Source of the DNA: the human T2T-CHM13v2.0 reference genome, Homo sapiens
Assembly (NCBI RefSeq): GCF_009914755.1
Contig: NC_060930.1
Direction: 5' to 3' (one strand)
DNA: 64,000 nt
The notes beneath the pieces were generated by a model. The model did no database searches. It was not told the DNA's origin and saw nothing but the letters and a program-made list of their open reading frames with translations. Both the position numbers and the translations under genes were made by a program. The stretch's first letter is position 1; each line of letters opens with the position of its first letter. Positions 1 through 15,500 of this stretch are shown piece after piece.

Positions 1-840
1 GATAAGAAGATTAAAAATTAGATGGGTAAACCTAATTGTCTCAGAGAAAAATAGTTTGTAGTGTATTGTACTGGGCAGCACACAGACCTATTAACTCAAA
101 TATTTTAATTTTAAAAGGCTTTTCAAAGTGTTAGCCCTCATAATATATCAATTTGCTTATATAATTACGTTATATATTTTACAGTTACTATTTGTTTACA
201 TACACTTTAAGAAATCTATATACTTGATTTATATGTCATAGTACACATGCACAATATTGGGACATAATTTGTGTTTTAGTCATAGATATAGGGACATTCC
301 TAATAGGGAAATTTCTAGAAATATCTATATTTGGAGAAAATAAATCATCTTATAATGCAAGAAAATTGAAGTCATGGTTTCAAATATGAGAGGTTAATTA
401 AAAATTTTATTACATTGAGATTACAATACATTGATAAATAAGAGAACTGTTTCATACATATATACAGGAGAAATGGATAAAAACTCAGATATGCAAGTGT
501 AACATAGTACAACTAGAATAAAATAATTAAAATAATAAAATCTGATATGCAGAATACATTCTAGTACCAGGCTTGAATAAAATACTATTAGGTTTTATTT
601 TTAAGCTATTTTAAATTAATGTTAAATAACTTCCACATTCAGTATAATTACTATGATGTATCTTTATACAGACGTTTTACAGAGTTTTATAAGTAATTCT
701 TTTGTAAAGGTAATATCATATCCCTCTTTCAAATGCAAATTTTGTAACATGTTACAGAGATAAAATTGGGAAATACATTCTAAATACTGTATTTATGGTG
801 AAAATAGTACAGAATCTTGAAACTGGGGCTAAAATATCAG

Positions 841-1028
841 TACATATGTATATATATACGTATGTATATGTATACACATACATACGTACGTATGTATGTG
901 TATACATATACATATGTACGTATGTATGTGTATACATACATATGTATATATGTATGTATATGTATACGTATGTATGTATATGTATACGTATGTATGTATA
1001 TGTATACGTATGTATGTATATATATATG
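841..1028. repeat. Compound (TA/TG/CA)n microsatellite of alternating purine-pyrimidine
   Basis: About 190 bp of TATA/TATG/TACA/TACG units, with the 20-mer TGTATACGTATGTATGTATA three times in tandem at 961-1020. This explains the Y/V/I/H/M-rich spurious ORFs. Confidence 0.95.
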
Positions 1029-1555
1029 AATCCAATATATTCTCTCTTAAAATGTTAGAGCTTTACAGTATTATCTGTAATTCTTTTAAGCTATCAAATA
1101 TTTCAATTTTCAAAGCTCCAGCTGCTTTCCCACTGAATAAAAAATATATATTACAAGCAAAATGTGCTCTTAGGTACATAACTAGATTTTCTCTTCAACT
1201 TACCATGGAAAAAACAGATAAGCCATTTTTGTTACATGGGTAGCTAATTACATTTGTGTTTTATTTAGGTAACTCTATATTATGTGGGTGATGATACTAG
1301 TTATATTTGGTTAAGGACTTAAGTATTAAAAAAACACAAGAATTAAAAGAAATATCTTGTGAAGCATTGATAAATTGTCATAATAACAATGGTGAGAAGA
1401 TGGCTAAAGGAAACAGTGGACAAGTCCAGACTCTATAGTTTCATCTTCTGAAGCAGAGAGAAATTACTTATCTGAAAGCAAATGGCAGTAATTGTGGAAT
1501 GTCAGAAAAGTAGAATCATTTATAAACTAGATGGGGCATGAAAAGGAGTCAAAGA

Positions 1556-1630
1556 ACTGAAGGAAAGTAAAAATGAAGGAAAAGGAAAAAGGAGGCAGGA
1601 AGAGAGGGAAGAAGAAAGGGAAGGAGGCAG
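1556..1630. repeat. GA-rich low-complexity purine tract
   Basis: aaggaaaaggaaaaaggaggcaggaagagagggaagaagaaagggaaggagg. Confidence 0.6.
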
Positions 1631-2481
1631 ATGCATTTCCTAAATCTTCCATTGCATCTCAATGGAAGTCTCTATTTTCGAATTTTAAACCTGACAAAGA
1701 CAGGTACATTTAGTTTTAGGTTGATGTTTATTGTCTTACATATTCACCCCAGTGCCTTTTCTGATCTCCCGAATACTGCTAGAATAGGTCAAATTTCCCA
1801 AAAGTTTAGCTCATAACAGTCATCCATCATTCTCCACCAGTGCATTCAGGGTAATAAAGCAGGCTAAACTTTTATTCTAGGTATTTTTGACAAGAGAAAA
1901 ATAATTTTTTAATGATAAGAAAATTGTACTAACTACTTGAAATAATAATGCAAAATAATAATTTGAGGCAGATAGTTTTTTTCTTCTCAACTTACATCAT
2001 TACTGGAAATCATGCAACATATTTTAAACGATGTAGCATAAACTTATTTTACAATACTTTACCATCTAATTTCCTTTTCCTTTTGTGACATCCAAATACC
2101 TTGAACATTCTTGCATTTATTAGGTAATTCGTTCATTCAAGATCCATTTCATCAGCTACCAAATACCTACCATAACAAGACATCTTGCCCAATATCATGG
2201 AGCCTATAAGGTGTATACAAAATTAAATGAGACCATGTAAATATGTTTTTAAATCTATAAGAATATTATTTAAATAAAAGGTACATAACATTAAGCACAA
2301 TCCAATACCAGTTCTGAGGAGTAATACAAAATAATCTTTTCATGCTTAGACTAACTCACCATTCAAGATAACAAATAAATTAGCCTCCAATTAATAGTGA
2401 GAATACTTTATACTTAAATATTTTCTAACTGAATTTTATTCATTACCTAATTTAATCACAAGAATCTTCATAGATTGACAA

Positions 2482-2890
2482 CATGTTAGGCTATTCTTGC
2501 ATTGCTATAAAGGAATACTGGAACCTGGGTAATTTATAAAGAAAAGAGGTCTAATTCACTCACAGTTCCACAGGCTGTACAAGCTTGAAACTGGCATCTG
2601 CTCAGCTTCTAGGGAGACCTCAGGCAGGGCACTTTTACTCAAGGTGGAAGGCCAAGCAGGAACAGATATGTCACATGGCGAATGTAGTAGCAGGAAAGTG
2701 AGAGTGGGGCAGAAATGCCATGCACCCGGAAACACCATATCTCACAAGATCTCACTCACTATTAAGAGGACAGCACTAAGGCACGAGGGATCCATCCCAT
2801 GACCCAAACACTCCCACCAGGCCCCACCTCTGACACTAGGAATCACATATCCAGATGAGATTTAGAGGCCACACAATCCAAATGATACCA
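2482..2890 (-). mobile_element. MST-family (MSTA/MSTB) MaLR solo LTR
   Basis: Matches the recalled reverse complement of the MST consensus (cattgctataaag...ctgggtaatttataaagaaaagagg...ggcatctgctcagcttct...ctcccaccaggccccacctc...atgagattt). Exact 5-bp TSD GACAA at 2477-2481 and 2891-2895. Confidence 0.9.
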
Positions 2891-2895
2891 GACAA

Positions 2896-3015
2896 GGTCT
2901 CACTACTACTGTTTATAGATGAGGAAAATGTGACAGACTTTGTGAATGTGACAGATCACACAGAAAAACAGGGACAGAGGCAAGGCAAAAAGCCAGGCCC
3001 TCTTTACTACCCAAG
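2896..3015 (-). mobile_element. Degenerate MIR SINE fragment, probably continuing left of the MST LTR at ~2440-2476
   Basis: tttatagatgaggaaaatg...gatcacacag...cagaggcaagg resembles the MIR core ttacagatgaggaaactgag...gtcacacag. The left flank attacctaatttaatc resembles attatctcatttaatc. Confidence 0.5.
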
Positions 3016-4617
3016 CATTGCTTTTGACATGCCACTCCTCCCACTCCCCCACCCCCCCTTATGTTTTTGTACTCTGTAATGTGTTCAGCCTGGTTGCATT
3101 GCTAGAATGTAACAAAATAACCCACTAAAAGCTAAACTATTCCCTATTACTTCAGTAATTTAAAGAGAAGTCTTAGGTATTCAAATACCCAATTACCATA
3201 AAGATAATGAATTCAAGTTTTATTAATTCTCTCTTCCTCTTCCTGTCCTCTAGTGAAATGTTAACCAACCCCACATTTTTCCAAAATCCAAGATGGATAA
3301 TTGGCCATCAAATAATTAAATAACATTATGTCTAGTGTTTTTAGGATGATAGACATGTTAGGTAACTGTGGTGATTTAGGATGGTTTGACTAAAGTCACA
3401 TAAATAGCAAAGCAAGAACTCGAATACTTTTAAGATGTAAAAATCAATTAGAAAATGAGTGTAAGTTAACATCATTATTATACCTTAGAAATTTGTGTTT
3501 AACAAGGTCATATTAATCAGAGAATAATAAAAATGGTTATTTCTACATACTTTTTATTCTGGTTCTGCCACAAAATATTACTCAAAGGTGATAATGGGAA
3601 ACTGATAGAATGTAGTGAACAAAAAGAAACCTCAGTAAACGCATTTTTCTCAACTTTATGCTGATATAAGTTAATATTCACATTTTCCAATTAAAACAGC
3701 ACAATGGACTATTAAAATTTTCTATAGAGAAACTTACCGCATATAAAACAGAAACAAGTGGAAACTGAACAGAGAGGAAAGTCTCTCAATGAGCAGTGTA
3801 AGCTATGGAGACAAAAGATGAAGAGAAAGCAAAAATTCTAACTTCCTTTTACCTCTTTATCTATTATCTGTTTCAAAATTCCAAGGCAGGACGCCTAACA
3901 ATTGCACCTTGTGGAAGATGTGCTGATGTGAAATCCTGCAGGATTCCAGGGCTACTATCTGTCAATGCTTGGGTTTAAGTCAGCAGCAGCTTCTTCCCTT
4001 GAGCATTAGCACAAGAATGACTTGTCTTATGTATTTTCAATGGATGCAAATGTCAACCTTATCACCAAGGAAGACATATGGTACCCAGTTCTGGAAAGTG
4101 AATTCTATTTCATAATGAGTTCAAATCTCCCTCTGAGATCAGAACTTGGTGCAGGGAAAAGCAGAGGTAAACATGCTGAGAGGGCTGTCTCAATGCCCTG
4201 TGCAGTGCCTGGACCTGCTTGAAAATGTCAGTTTTCAGAACATTTCTGCAAGTAGCTTTTACAAAAATGTGTTGCTAAAATAAAAGATATGGGAGAAAAT
4301 AATCTTTATTTTTGGCAAAGAAAATCATATAATTAAGGATCATCCATTTATTCTGAAAGTGTCTTTTGTTTTCTTCCCACATTTCTTTGAAATGTGCAGG
4401 AGAAAATTGCCAGTAGAAAAAGTTTAGCTAATATAATTACCACTGGATTTCAACTCTTGTTCTTGGATAACTGTTGAGGTTGTCTGTTTCTACAGAGGCA
4501 ATAGTGTGGCCTAAAGTTTTCTTCATTCATACTCCACAGAAGAATAATCTTGGCGAAAATTTCCATTTATGTCCTGAGGCCCACTTAAACTGTTTTGCTC
4601 CAAAACACAAGCCCCAT

Positions 4618-4651
4618 TGTATTGGTTTACTCCAACTGCCATGAGAAAATA
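4618..4651 (-). mobile_element. Possible terminal fragment of an MLT1 MaLR LTR, cut off by L1
   Basis: tgtattggtttactccaactgccatgagaaaataacac resembles the MLT1 terminus tgtattagtttcctagggctgccataacaaaataccac. The match is only ~35 bp. Confidence 0.35.
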
Positions 4652-8523
<3,872 letters not shown>

Positions 8524-8528
<5 letters not shown>

Positions 8529-8567
8529 GGACCCATCTTGAATCATTGGGGGTGGGTTTCCCCTATA
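8524..8567 (+). mobile_element. Last ~40 bp (U5 end) of a MER11 LTR, the 5' LTR of HERV-K11/HML-8
   Basis: aaaaggacccatcttgaatcattgggggtgggtttcccctata resembles the recalled MER11 end aaaagaacctacgttgaaatattgggggctggttcccccgata. It is followed directly by a PBS. Confidence 0.7.
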
Positions 8568-8569
8568 TC

Positions 8570-8581
8570 TGGGGCCCACGT
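8570..8581 (+). promoter_or_regulatory. Degenerate tRNA-Lys primer binding site
   Basis: TGGGGCCCACGT versus the Lys PBS TGGCGCCCAACGT, 2 nt after the LTR end. A leader splice-donor-like GGTGAGT follows at 8691. Confidence 0.7.
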
Positions 8582-8722
8582 TATTTTTTCTTTTTCCCAG
8601 GTGCATGTGGGAACCTGATTCCCTTTGGTAGGTGCAGAGAAATGTTATCGGTTAGGTCCTCAGAGAGGCTTGTTTCACTCCCTGATGACTGGTGAGTAGT
8701 CTGTGTATGGTCCAGGTTAACT

Positions 8723-10910
8723 ATGGGTCACACGGAGTCTAAAAATTATACTCATCTCTTCTATATTAAACTCCAGTTAAAACATAAAAGGGTTCGAGTC
8801 CCCATGGAAAATACGGTCACTCTTTAGGGCAGTGGTAAAATTCTGCCCTTCATCTCCTGAAAAAGGAAATTTAAATGCAGACCTATTAAAACAGGGAAGG
8901 GTCCAAGTAACCATGGAAAATATGGTCACTCTATTCAGGACAGTGGAAAAATAATGTCCTTGGTTTCCTGAAAAAGGAACCTTATATGGCAAAGTATGGG
9001 ACGGTGTTGGTGCAGCATTCCAGGCACTGGTCTCAACAGGGAATTTTCTCCCCGTCACTGTTTGGGGTGGTTGGGAATTGTGCGTTCTGTCTTGGTGGCA
9101 TGCCGTTCCCATGAACCCCTGCAGTAGTCACAGTTTTTTGCCTTTTCCTCAGTTTCTCTGACTTTTCCTCAGCCATCCTCTCCCACATGGCCTTCGTTAT
9201 CTGATCATCCTCTCCCTTCACTTACTCCTCCTCCTCCTGTTGAAAATTCAATGTCTAACTCCAGTGACTTTGGCTTAATGTTAGCTCCTGCTTATCTTAT
9301 TTCTTTTCACAAAGAGCCGGTACTTGTAGCTCCCGCAGCCCCAAGTCACACAGCCCAGGACCATATATATACGCTAATTCTTCTCTTTTCAAACCTCCAG
9401 AGTCAACTAATGGCTCCAGGACCAAACTACAATGCGCCTATAATTCTGCAGGTCCTCCCCCATCCACTTCAGCCCCTCGCCCTCGTGTTGTTTTGGTTCC
9501 TCAGCCAGTCAGTTTGCCATCCACTCAGCGTGCTTCTCTGTACCCTTCTTCACACATGGACGCCAGTAATCACCAGTATACTTCTGCTCCTCCAATACCC
9601 CTTTCTCACATTCTCATTCCTGTCTGACCCCCTCACCCTCCGTTTCCGTTATCTACACATGATTTTCCTGTCACTTCTATGCTGACTCCATCCAGATGCC
9701 TACTCTTGAAACTTCAATGCAACACTTATTATGCCAAAACAAAGAAACAAGTGGATTAGACGTGTGGACTTATCCAGTCATGCTAGACGCTCCTAACTTC
9801 CTAGGGTTACAAATGTGTCTCTATGTACCTCTTAATCTTACCTTTTTAAAAGAATTTAAGGATGCTTGGACTCAGTATGGTCCTACTTCTCCTTATGTTA
9901 AAATGCTATTACAACCTTTTTTTTTACAGAGGTCACTTTACTTATTTTAGACTGGGAACTTTTTGCAAAACTGTTCTGACCCCATCTCAGCATTTACAAT
10001 TTCGTACCTGGTGGTTAGAAAGGCTAATTTGCAGGCTCAGCTAAGTTGGACTAATGGCATTCTAGTTACTCAGACTCAGCTCACAGGCTCCGATAATTTC
10101 TTTGATACTTATGCCCAATTAAACTTTGATGCTCTTACCACGGAACAAGTAACAAAGGTGTGTATGAGAGCTTGGGATAAATGACACGACCCAGGCCAAC
10201 CTCCTGTTTCTTTTACTACCATTAAACAAGGTCACACTGAATTGTACCCTGATTTTTTAGCAAAATTGCAAGATGTTGTTGAAAAGTCTGTCTCTGATGA
10301 GCGTGCTGAAGGTATTCTCCTTTGTACGTTAGCTTTTGAAAATGCGAACCATGAGTGTAAAATGGTCAAGCATTCTGTCCAATGACAAAATTTGCCTGAT
10401 CATGAGGTGTTGCCTGCATATATTAAAGCATGTGAAGACATTGGATCAGACACCCACAAGGCTATCCTGTGGGCACAGGCCATGAAGGATACCAATCAAA
10501 CTGGCCCCACTAATTCTTTTCTTGGAGAGTGCTATAATCATGCTCAACTTGGTCATACTCAGAAAAATTGCACTGTTAAAAACTTAAAAGCTTCCAAGCT
10601 GGCTCAACAAACATGGCCAAATGCTGCTGCTACTATTAGTCCACGTGGTAAAGGTAAACATTGGGCTAGTAATTGTCACTTTAAGTATGATATAAATGGA
10701 AACCCCCTACCACAAAACCAGGGGAATAGGGAGCAGATCTTGTCCCAGGCCCCGATATCAAATGAGATGCTTCAGACTCAGACCAACATTGCGTCCAACT
10801 TCAGGCAGTCCCAACAACCCCCAGCACAAACAAATTTACCTACAGCCAACCCAGATGGGTCCCAGCCTTTCCCTCTGTCTCAGTACAATGCTTATCCACC
10901 TCCATGGTAA
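8723..10910 (+). pseudogene. gag: HERV-K gag (MA, Pro-rich region, CA, NC), disrupted
   Basis: ATG GGT (MGHTESK..YIKL), CPWFPEKGTL matrix motif, MHR-like IKQGHTELYPDFLAKLQ at ~10221, degenerate zinc knuckles CYNHAQLGHTQKNC and GKHWASNC. Contains stops and frameshifts. Confidence 0.88.
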
Positions 10911-11709
10911 GGGGCAGGGTGGTCGATCTCTGTAATACTATTCCTCTAAATTTACTACCTAACTCTTTGCCTTTAATTATCCCCCAGGGGTCACTGGCCA
11001 TTTACCTCAAGGTTTAGTGGGCCTGGTGGTAGGAAGGGCATCCACCTCTGCTAAAGGAATCACCATTCATACTGGTCTCATTAATTCTGATTCTGTTGAT
11101 GACATTAAATTAATTGTGTCTGCCAAGGCTCCTGTTTCCATTCAGGCCAGTGAGTCAATTGCTCAATTGCTTTTACTACCTAATATCATTTTAAAGAAAG
11201 GAGATAAGATGAGTGGCCCTGGGATGGGCTCCAGCAGTGAAAAGGCCACTTATTGGACTAATGTAATTTCTAAACAACTGCCCACCTGCACCATATATAT
11301 TCAAGGAAAAAAGTTTGAGGGTCTAGTGGATACCAGGGCTGATGTTTCTGTTATTTCCTCTAGTTTATGGCCTTCTTCCTGGCTTAAACATCCCACTAAC
11401 ATGGGACTAGTAGGTGTTGGAAAAGCTGAGGAAGTGTATGAGAGCACATTTATCTTGCCTTGCACTGGCCCAGATGGTCAAAATGGTACAATTCAGCCCT
11501 AAATCATGCCAATTCCCATTAATCTCTGGGGTAGAGATTTACTGGTACAATGGGGGGCTGAAATTAATATTCCATATAACTCTTATAGTGCTCCCAATCA
11601 GCATATGATGGAAAACATGGGGTTTGTTCCTGGGCTCGGTCTCGGTCCAAAGCATGAAGGGATTACTAAACCCCTCCCAGTTGCTATAAAAGAAACAGGG
11701 CAGGTTTAG
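10880..11709 (+). pseudogene. pro: HERV-K pro (dUTPase, aspartyl protease, G-patch), disrupted
   Basis: GRASTSAKGITIHTGLINSD (dUTPase), LVDTRADVS (catalytic DTG mutated to DTR), INLWGRDLL, and the G-patch MMENMGFVPGLGLG. Confidence 0.88.
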
Positions 11710-12538
11710 GTTATTCTTTTCAGTGGTGGCTGCTGCCATGCCTCCTGACCCTATCCCTTTACAATGGAAATCTGAGACACTGGTTTGGATTCAGCAGTGG
11801 CTGCTCTCTAAACAAAAACTGGAGGCTTTAACTCACTTGGTTTCTGAACAGTTACAACTTGTAAATGTGGAACCTTCTCTTTCCCCCTGGAATACTCCTG
11901 TGTTTCTAGTAAAATGAAATCAGGCAAGTAGCAGATGGTAACTGATTTAAGAGCCATTAACACTGTAATTAAACCTATGGGGGCTATCCAACATGACATG
12001 CCTGCCCCTGCTTTAGTACCTAAAAATTGGCCTCTCATAGTTATTGATCTTAAAGATTGTTTTTTTCATATTGCTTTACATAAATTGGATTGTGAAAAAT
12101 TTGCTTTTACTGTACTGTCTATTAAAAATCAGGAGCCTGCACCTTGTTATCAATGGAAGATACTTCCTCAGGGAATGCTGAATAGCCCTACAATCTGCCA
12201 GCATTATGTTGGACAAGTGCTTTCACCAGTTCGAGCCCAATTCCCCCAGGCCTATATTATTTATTATATTGATGATATTTTAATTGCTGCCCCCAACTGA
12301 TAAAGAATTAATTGTTTGTAATCAAATTTTGAGCCACTGTGTTACAGAGGCTGGATTACACATTGCTCAGGATAAAATTCAACAGACCACTCCTGTTCAA
12401 AATTTAGGAATGGTGGTCATAAACAATTTATTCAACCTCAAAATTTCAAATTAGGAGAGATCCTTTGAAAACTTTAAATGACTTCAAAAACTTTTGGGTA
12501 ACATTAATTATTTAAGACCTACTTTAGGTATTCTGACC
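11700..12538 (+). pseudogene. pol: HERV-K pol, N-terminal RT only
   Basis: [39 protein letters not shown]. Ends at LRPTLGILT where alpha satellite begins. Confidence 0.9.
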
Positions 12539-12539
12539 A

Positions 12540-15500
12540 ATAGGCCTCAATGTGCTCTCAAATATCCCTTTGCAGAGTCTACAAAAACCGTGTTTCCAAA
12601 CTGCTGATTGAAAAGCGAGGTTTAATTCTGTGAGATGAGTATACACATCACAAAGTGGTTTCTCAGATATATTCCTTCTAGTTTTTACCCTGGGGTATTC
12701 ACGTTTTCACCATTGGCCTCAATGAGATCCCAAATATCCCTTTGTCAATTGTACAAAAACAGTGTTTCCAAACTGTGGAATGAAAAGAAAGAATTAACTC
12801 TTCAAGATGAATGAACACATCACAATGTGGTTTCTCAGATAGCTTCTTCCTAGTTTTTATACTAGGATATTTGATTTTTCACCAATAACCTCAAGGAGCT
12901 CCCAAAAGTCCATTTGCAGAATAAACAAAAACAGGTTTGCAAACTGCTGAATCAGAATAAAGTTTAACACTATGAGATGAAGGCACACATCACAAAGAAG
13001 TTTCTCAGAAAATTTCTTGCTTATCAGAAGATATTTTCTTTTTCACTATAGGCCTCAATGCACTCCCAAATATTCCTTCGCAGATTTTACAAAAACAGTG
13101 TTTCCCAACTGCTGAGTGAAAAGAAAGGGTTAACTCTGCTAGTTGAATGCACACATCACACAACGGTTTCTCTGATAGCTTTTTTTTAGTTTCTATCCTG
13201 GGAGATTCTCTTTTTCGCCACTGGCCTCAATGAGCTCCCAAATGTCCATTTGCAGAATGGACAAAAACAGTGCTTCCAAACTGCCGTGTCAAAAGAAAAG
13301 TTGAACTTTTTGAGATGAATGCACAAATCACAAAGTGGATTCTCAGTTAGTTTCCTTCTAGTTTTTATCCTGGTATCAGTTAGCTTCCTTCTAGTTTTTA
13401 TCCTAGTATATTTGCTTTATTGACACTGGCCTCAATGAGCGCCGAAATGTCCATTTGCAGAATGGACAAAAACAGTGTTTCCAGACTGCTGAATTAAAAG
13501 AAAGGTTTAACTTTGTGAGATGAATTCACAGATCACCAAGCAGTTTCTCAGAAAGTTTGTTTCTAGTTTTTATCTGAAGATATTTTGTTTTTCAGCCTAA
13601 GCTTCAATGTGATCCCAGATGTTATTATGCAGATTCTACAAAAATAGTGTTTCCAAACTGCTGAATGAAAAGAAAGTTTTAGCTTTGGGAGATGAATGAA
13701 CACATCAAATAGCAGTTTCTCAGATAGCTTCCTTTAGTTTTTATCCTAGGGTATTCATTTATTGCCATTGGCCTCAATGAGCTCCCAAAGGTCCATTCAT
13801 AGAATGGACAAAAACAGCGTTTCCAAACAGGTGAATCAAAAGAAAGTTTTAACTCTGTGAGTTGAATACACAAATCACAAAGCAGTTTCTCAGATAGCAT
13901 CATTCTAGTTTTTATCCTGGGATATTCACTTTTTCACCATTGTCCAGAATGAGTTCACAAATGTCCATTTGTAGAATGGTCAAAAACAGTGTTTCCAAAC
14001 TGCTGAATTAAAAGGAAATTTTAACTCTGTGAGATGAATACACACTTCACAAAAAGTTTCTAGGAAAACTTCCTTTTACTTTTTACGTGAAGATATTTTC
14101 TTTTTTACCATAGGGCTCAATGCACTCCCAAATATCCCTTTGCAGATTCTATAAAAGCAGTTTTACAAACTGAAGAGTGAAAAGAAAGGTTTAAATCTTC
14201 CAAATGAATGCACACATCAAAAAGCAGTCTCAGATAGCTTCCTTCTAGTTTTTATCCTGGGATATTCATTTTTCTCCATTGGCCTCGTTGACCTCCCAAA
14301 TGTCCATTCACAGAATGGAAAAAAAAACAATGATTCCAGACTGCTGAATCAAAAGAAATGGTAAACTCAGAGGTGAATGTACACATCAAAAAGCAGTTTC
14401 TCAGAAAGCTTCTTTCTAGTTTCTATACAGAGGTATTTTCTTTTTCACCATAGGCCTCAATGCACCCTTCGCAGGTCCTACCATAGACCTCAATGCACCC
14501 TTCTCAGGTATTTTCTTTTTCTTTTTCACCATAGACATCAATGCACCCTTTGCAGATTCTACAAAAACACTGTTTCCAAAACTGCTAAATGAAAAGAAAG
14601 GTTTAACACTGTGAGAAGAATGCACACATCACAAAGAAGTTTATCAGAGAGCTTCCTTCTTTTTTTATCCTGGAATATTCACTTTTTCACATTGGCCACA
14701 ATGAGCTCCCAAATGTTCATACTCAGATTGGACAAAAACAGTGTTTCCAAACTGCTGGATCAAAAGAAAGATTTGACACTGTGAGATGAATGTGCACATC
14801 ACAAAGCAGTTTCTCAGAAAACTTCTTTCTACTTTTTATCTGAAAATATTTTCTTTTTCACCATAGGCCTCAATGCACTCCCAAATATCCCTTCACAGAT
14901 TCTACAAAAACAATGTTTCCAAACTGCTGAATGAAAAGAAAGGTTTAACTCTGCAAGTGAATGCACACATCAAAAAGTGGTTTCCCAGATACCTTCCTTC
15001 TAGTTTTTATCCTGGGATAAATCTACCCTTTTTCGCCTTTGGCCTCAATGAGCTCCCAAATGTCCATTTGCAGAACGGAAGAAAAAAGTGTTTCCAAAAA
15101 GCTGAGTAAAAATAAGGTTTACCTCTGTGACAAGAATGCACACATTACAAACAGTTTCACAGAAAGCTTCCTTCTATTTTTTATCTGAGGATATTTTCTT
15201 TTTCACCATTGGCCTCAAAGCACTCTCAAATGTCCCTTCACAGATTCTACAAAAACAGTGTTTCCAAACTGCTGAATGAAAAGAAAGTTTTAGCTTTGGG
15301 AGATGAATGAACACATCAAATAGCAGTTTCTCAGATAGCTTCCATCTAGTTTTTATCCTGGGTTATTCTCTTTTTCACCACTTCCTTCAATGAGCTCCCA
15401 TATGTCCATTTGCACAATGGACAAAAACAGGTTTCCAAAGTGCTGACTCAAGAGAAAAGTTTAACTCTGTGAGATGAATGCAAAAATCACAAACCAGTTT

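Larger units (their letters stand above)
8568..12538 (+). mobile_element. HERV-K-class (probably HERVK11/HML-8) internal region: leader, gag, pro and 5' pol, truncated inside RT
   Basis: Betaretroviral Gag, dUTPase-protease and RT motifs in order. The sequence ends abruptly at alpha satellite, with no RNase H, IN, env or 3' LTR. Confidence 0.9.

Noticed and set aside
250-520. Possible ancient L1M 3' fragment (cttataatgcaagaaaattgaag...)
   Set aside because: Similarity is too weak to support by eye and needs RepeatMasker.
752-1243. Overlapping ORFs rich in Y/V/M/I/H/T
   Set aside because: These are translations of the RY microsatellite, which lacks stop codons by composition.
2125-2215. Possible L2 3' end (ttcgttcattcaa...atacctac)
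   Set aside because: Only short motif-level resemblance.
4022-4222. 66-aa ORF in unique sequence
   Set aside because: Non-ATG start, no recognisable domain, and a length expected by chance.
9251-9685. 144-aa hydrophobic/Pro-rich ORF suggesting a novel membrane protein
   Set aside because: It lies inside the pyrimidine-rich gag spacer of the ERV and is a frameshifted gag remnant.
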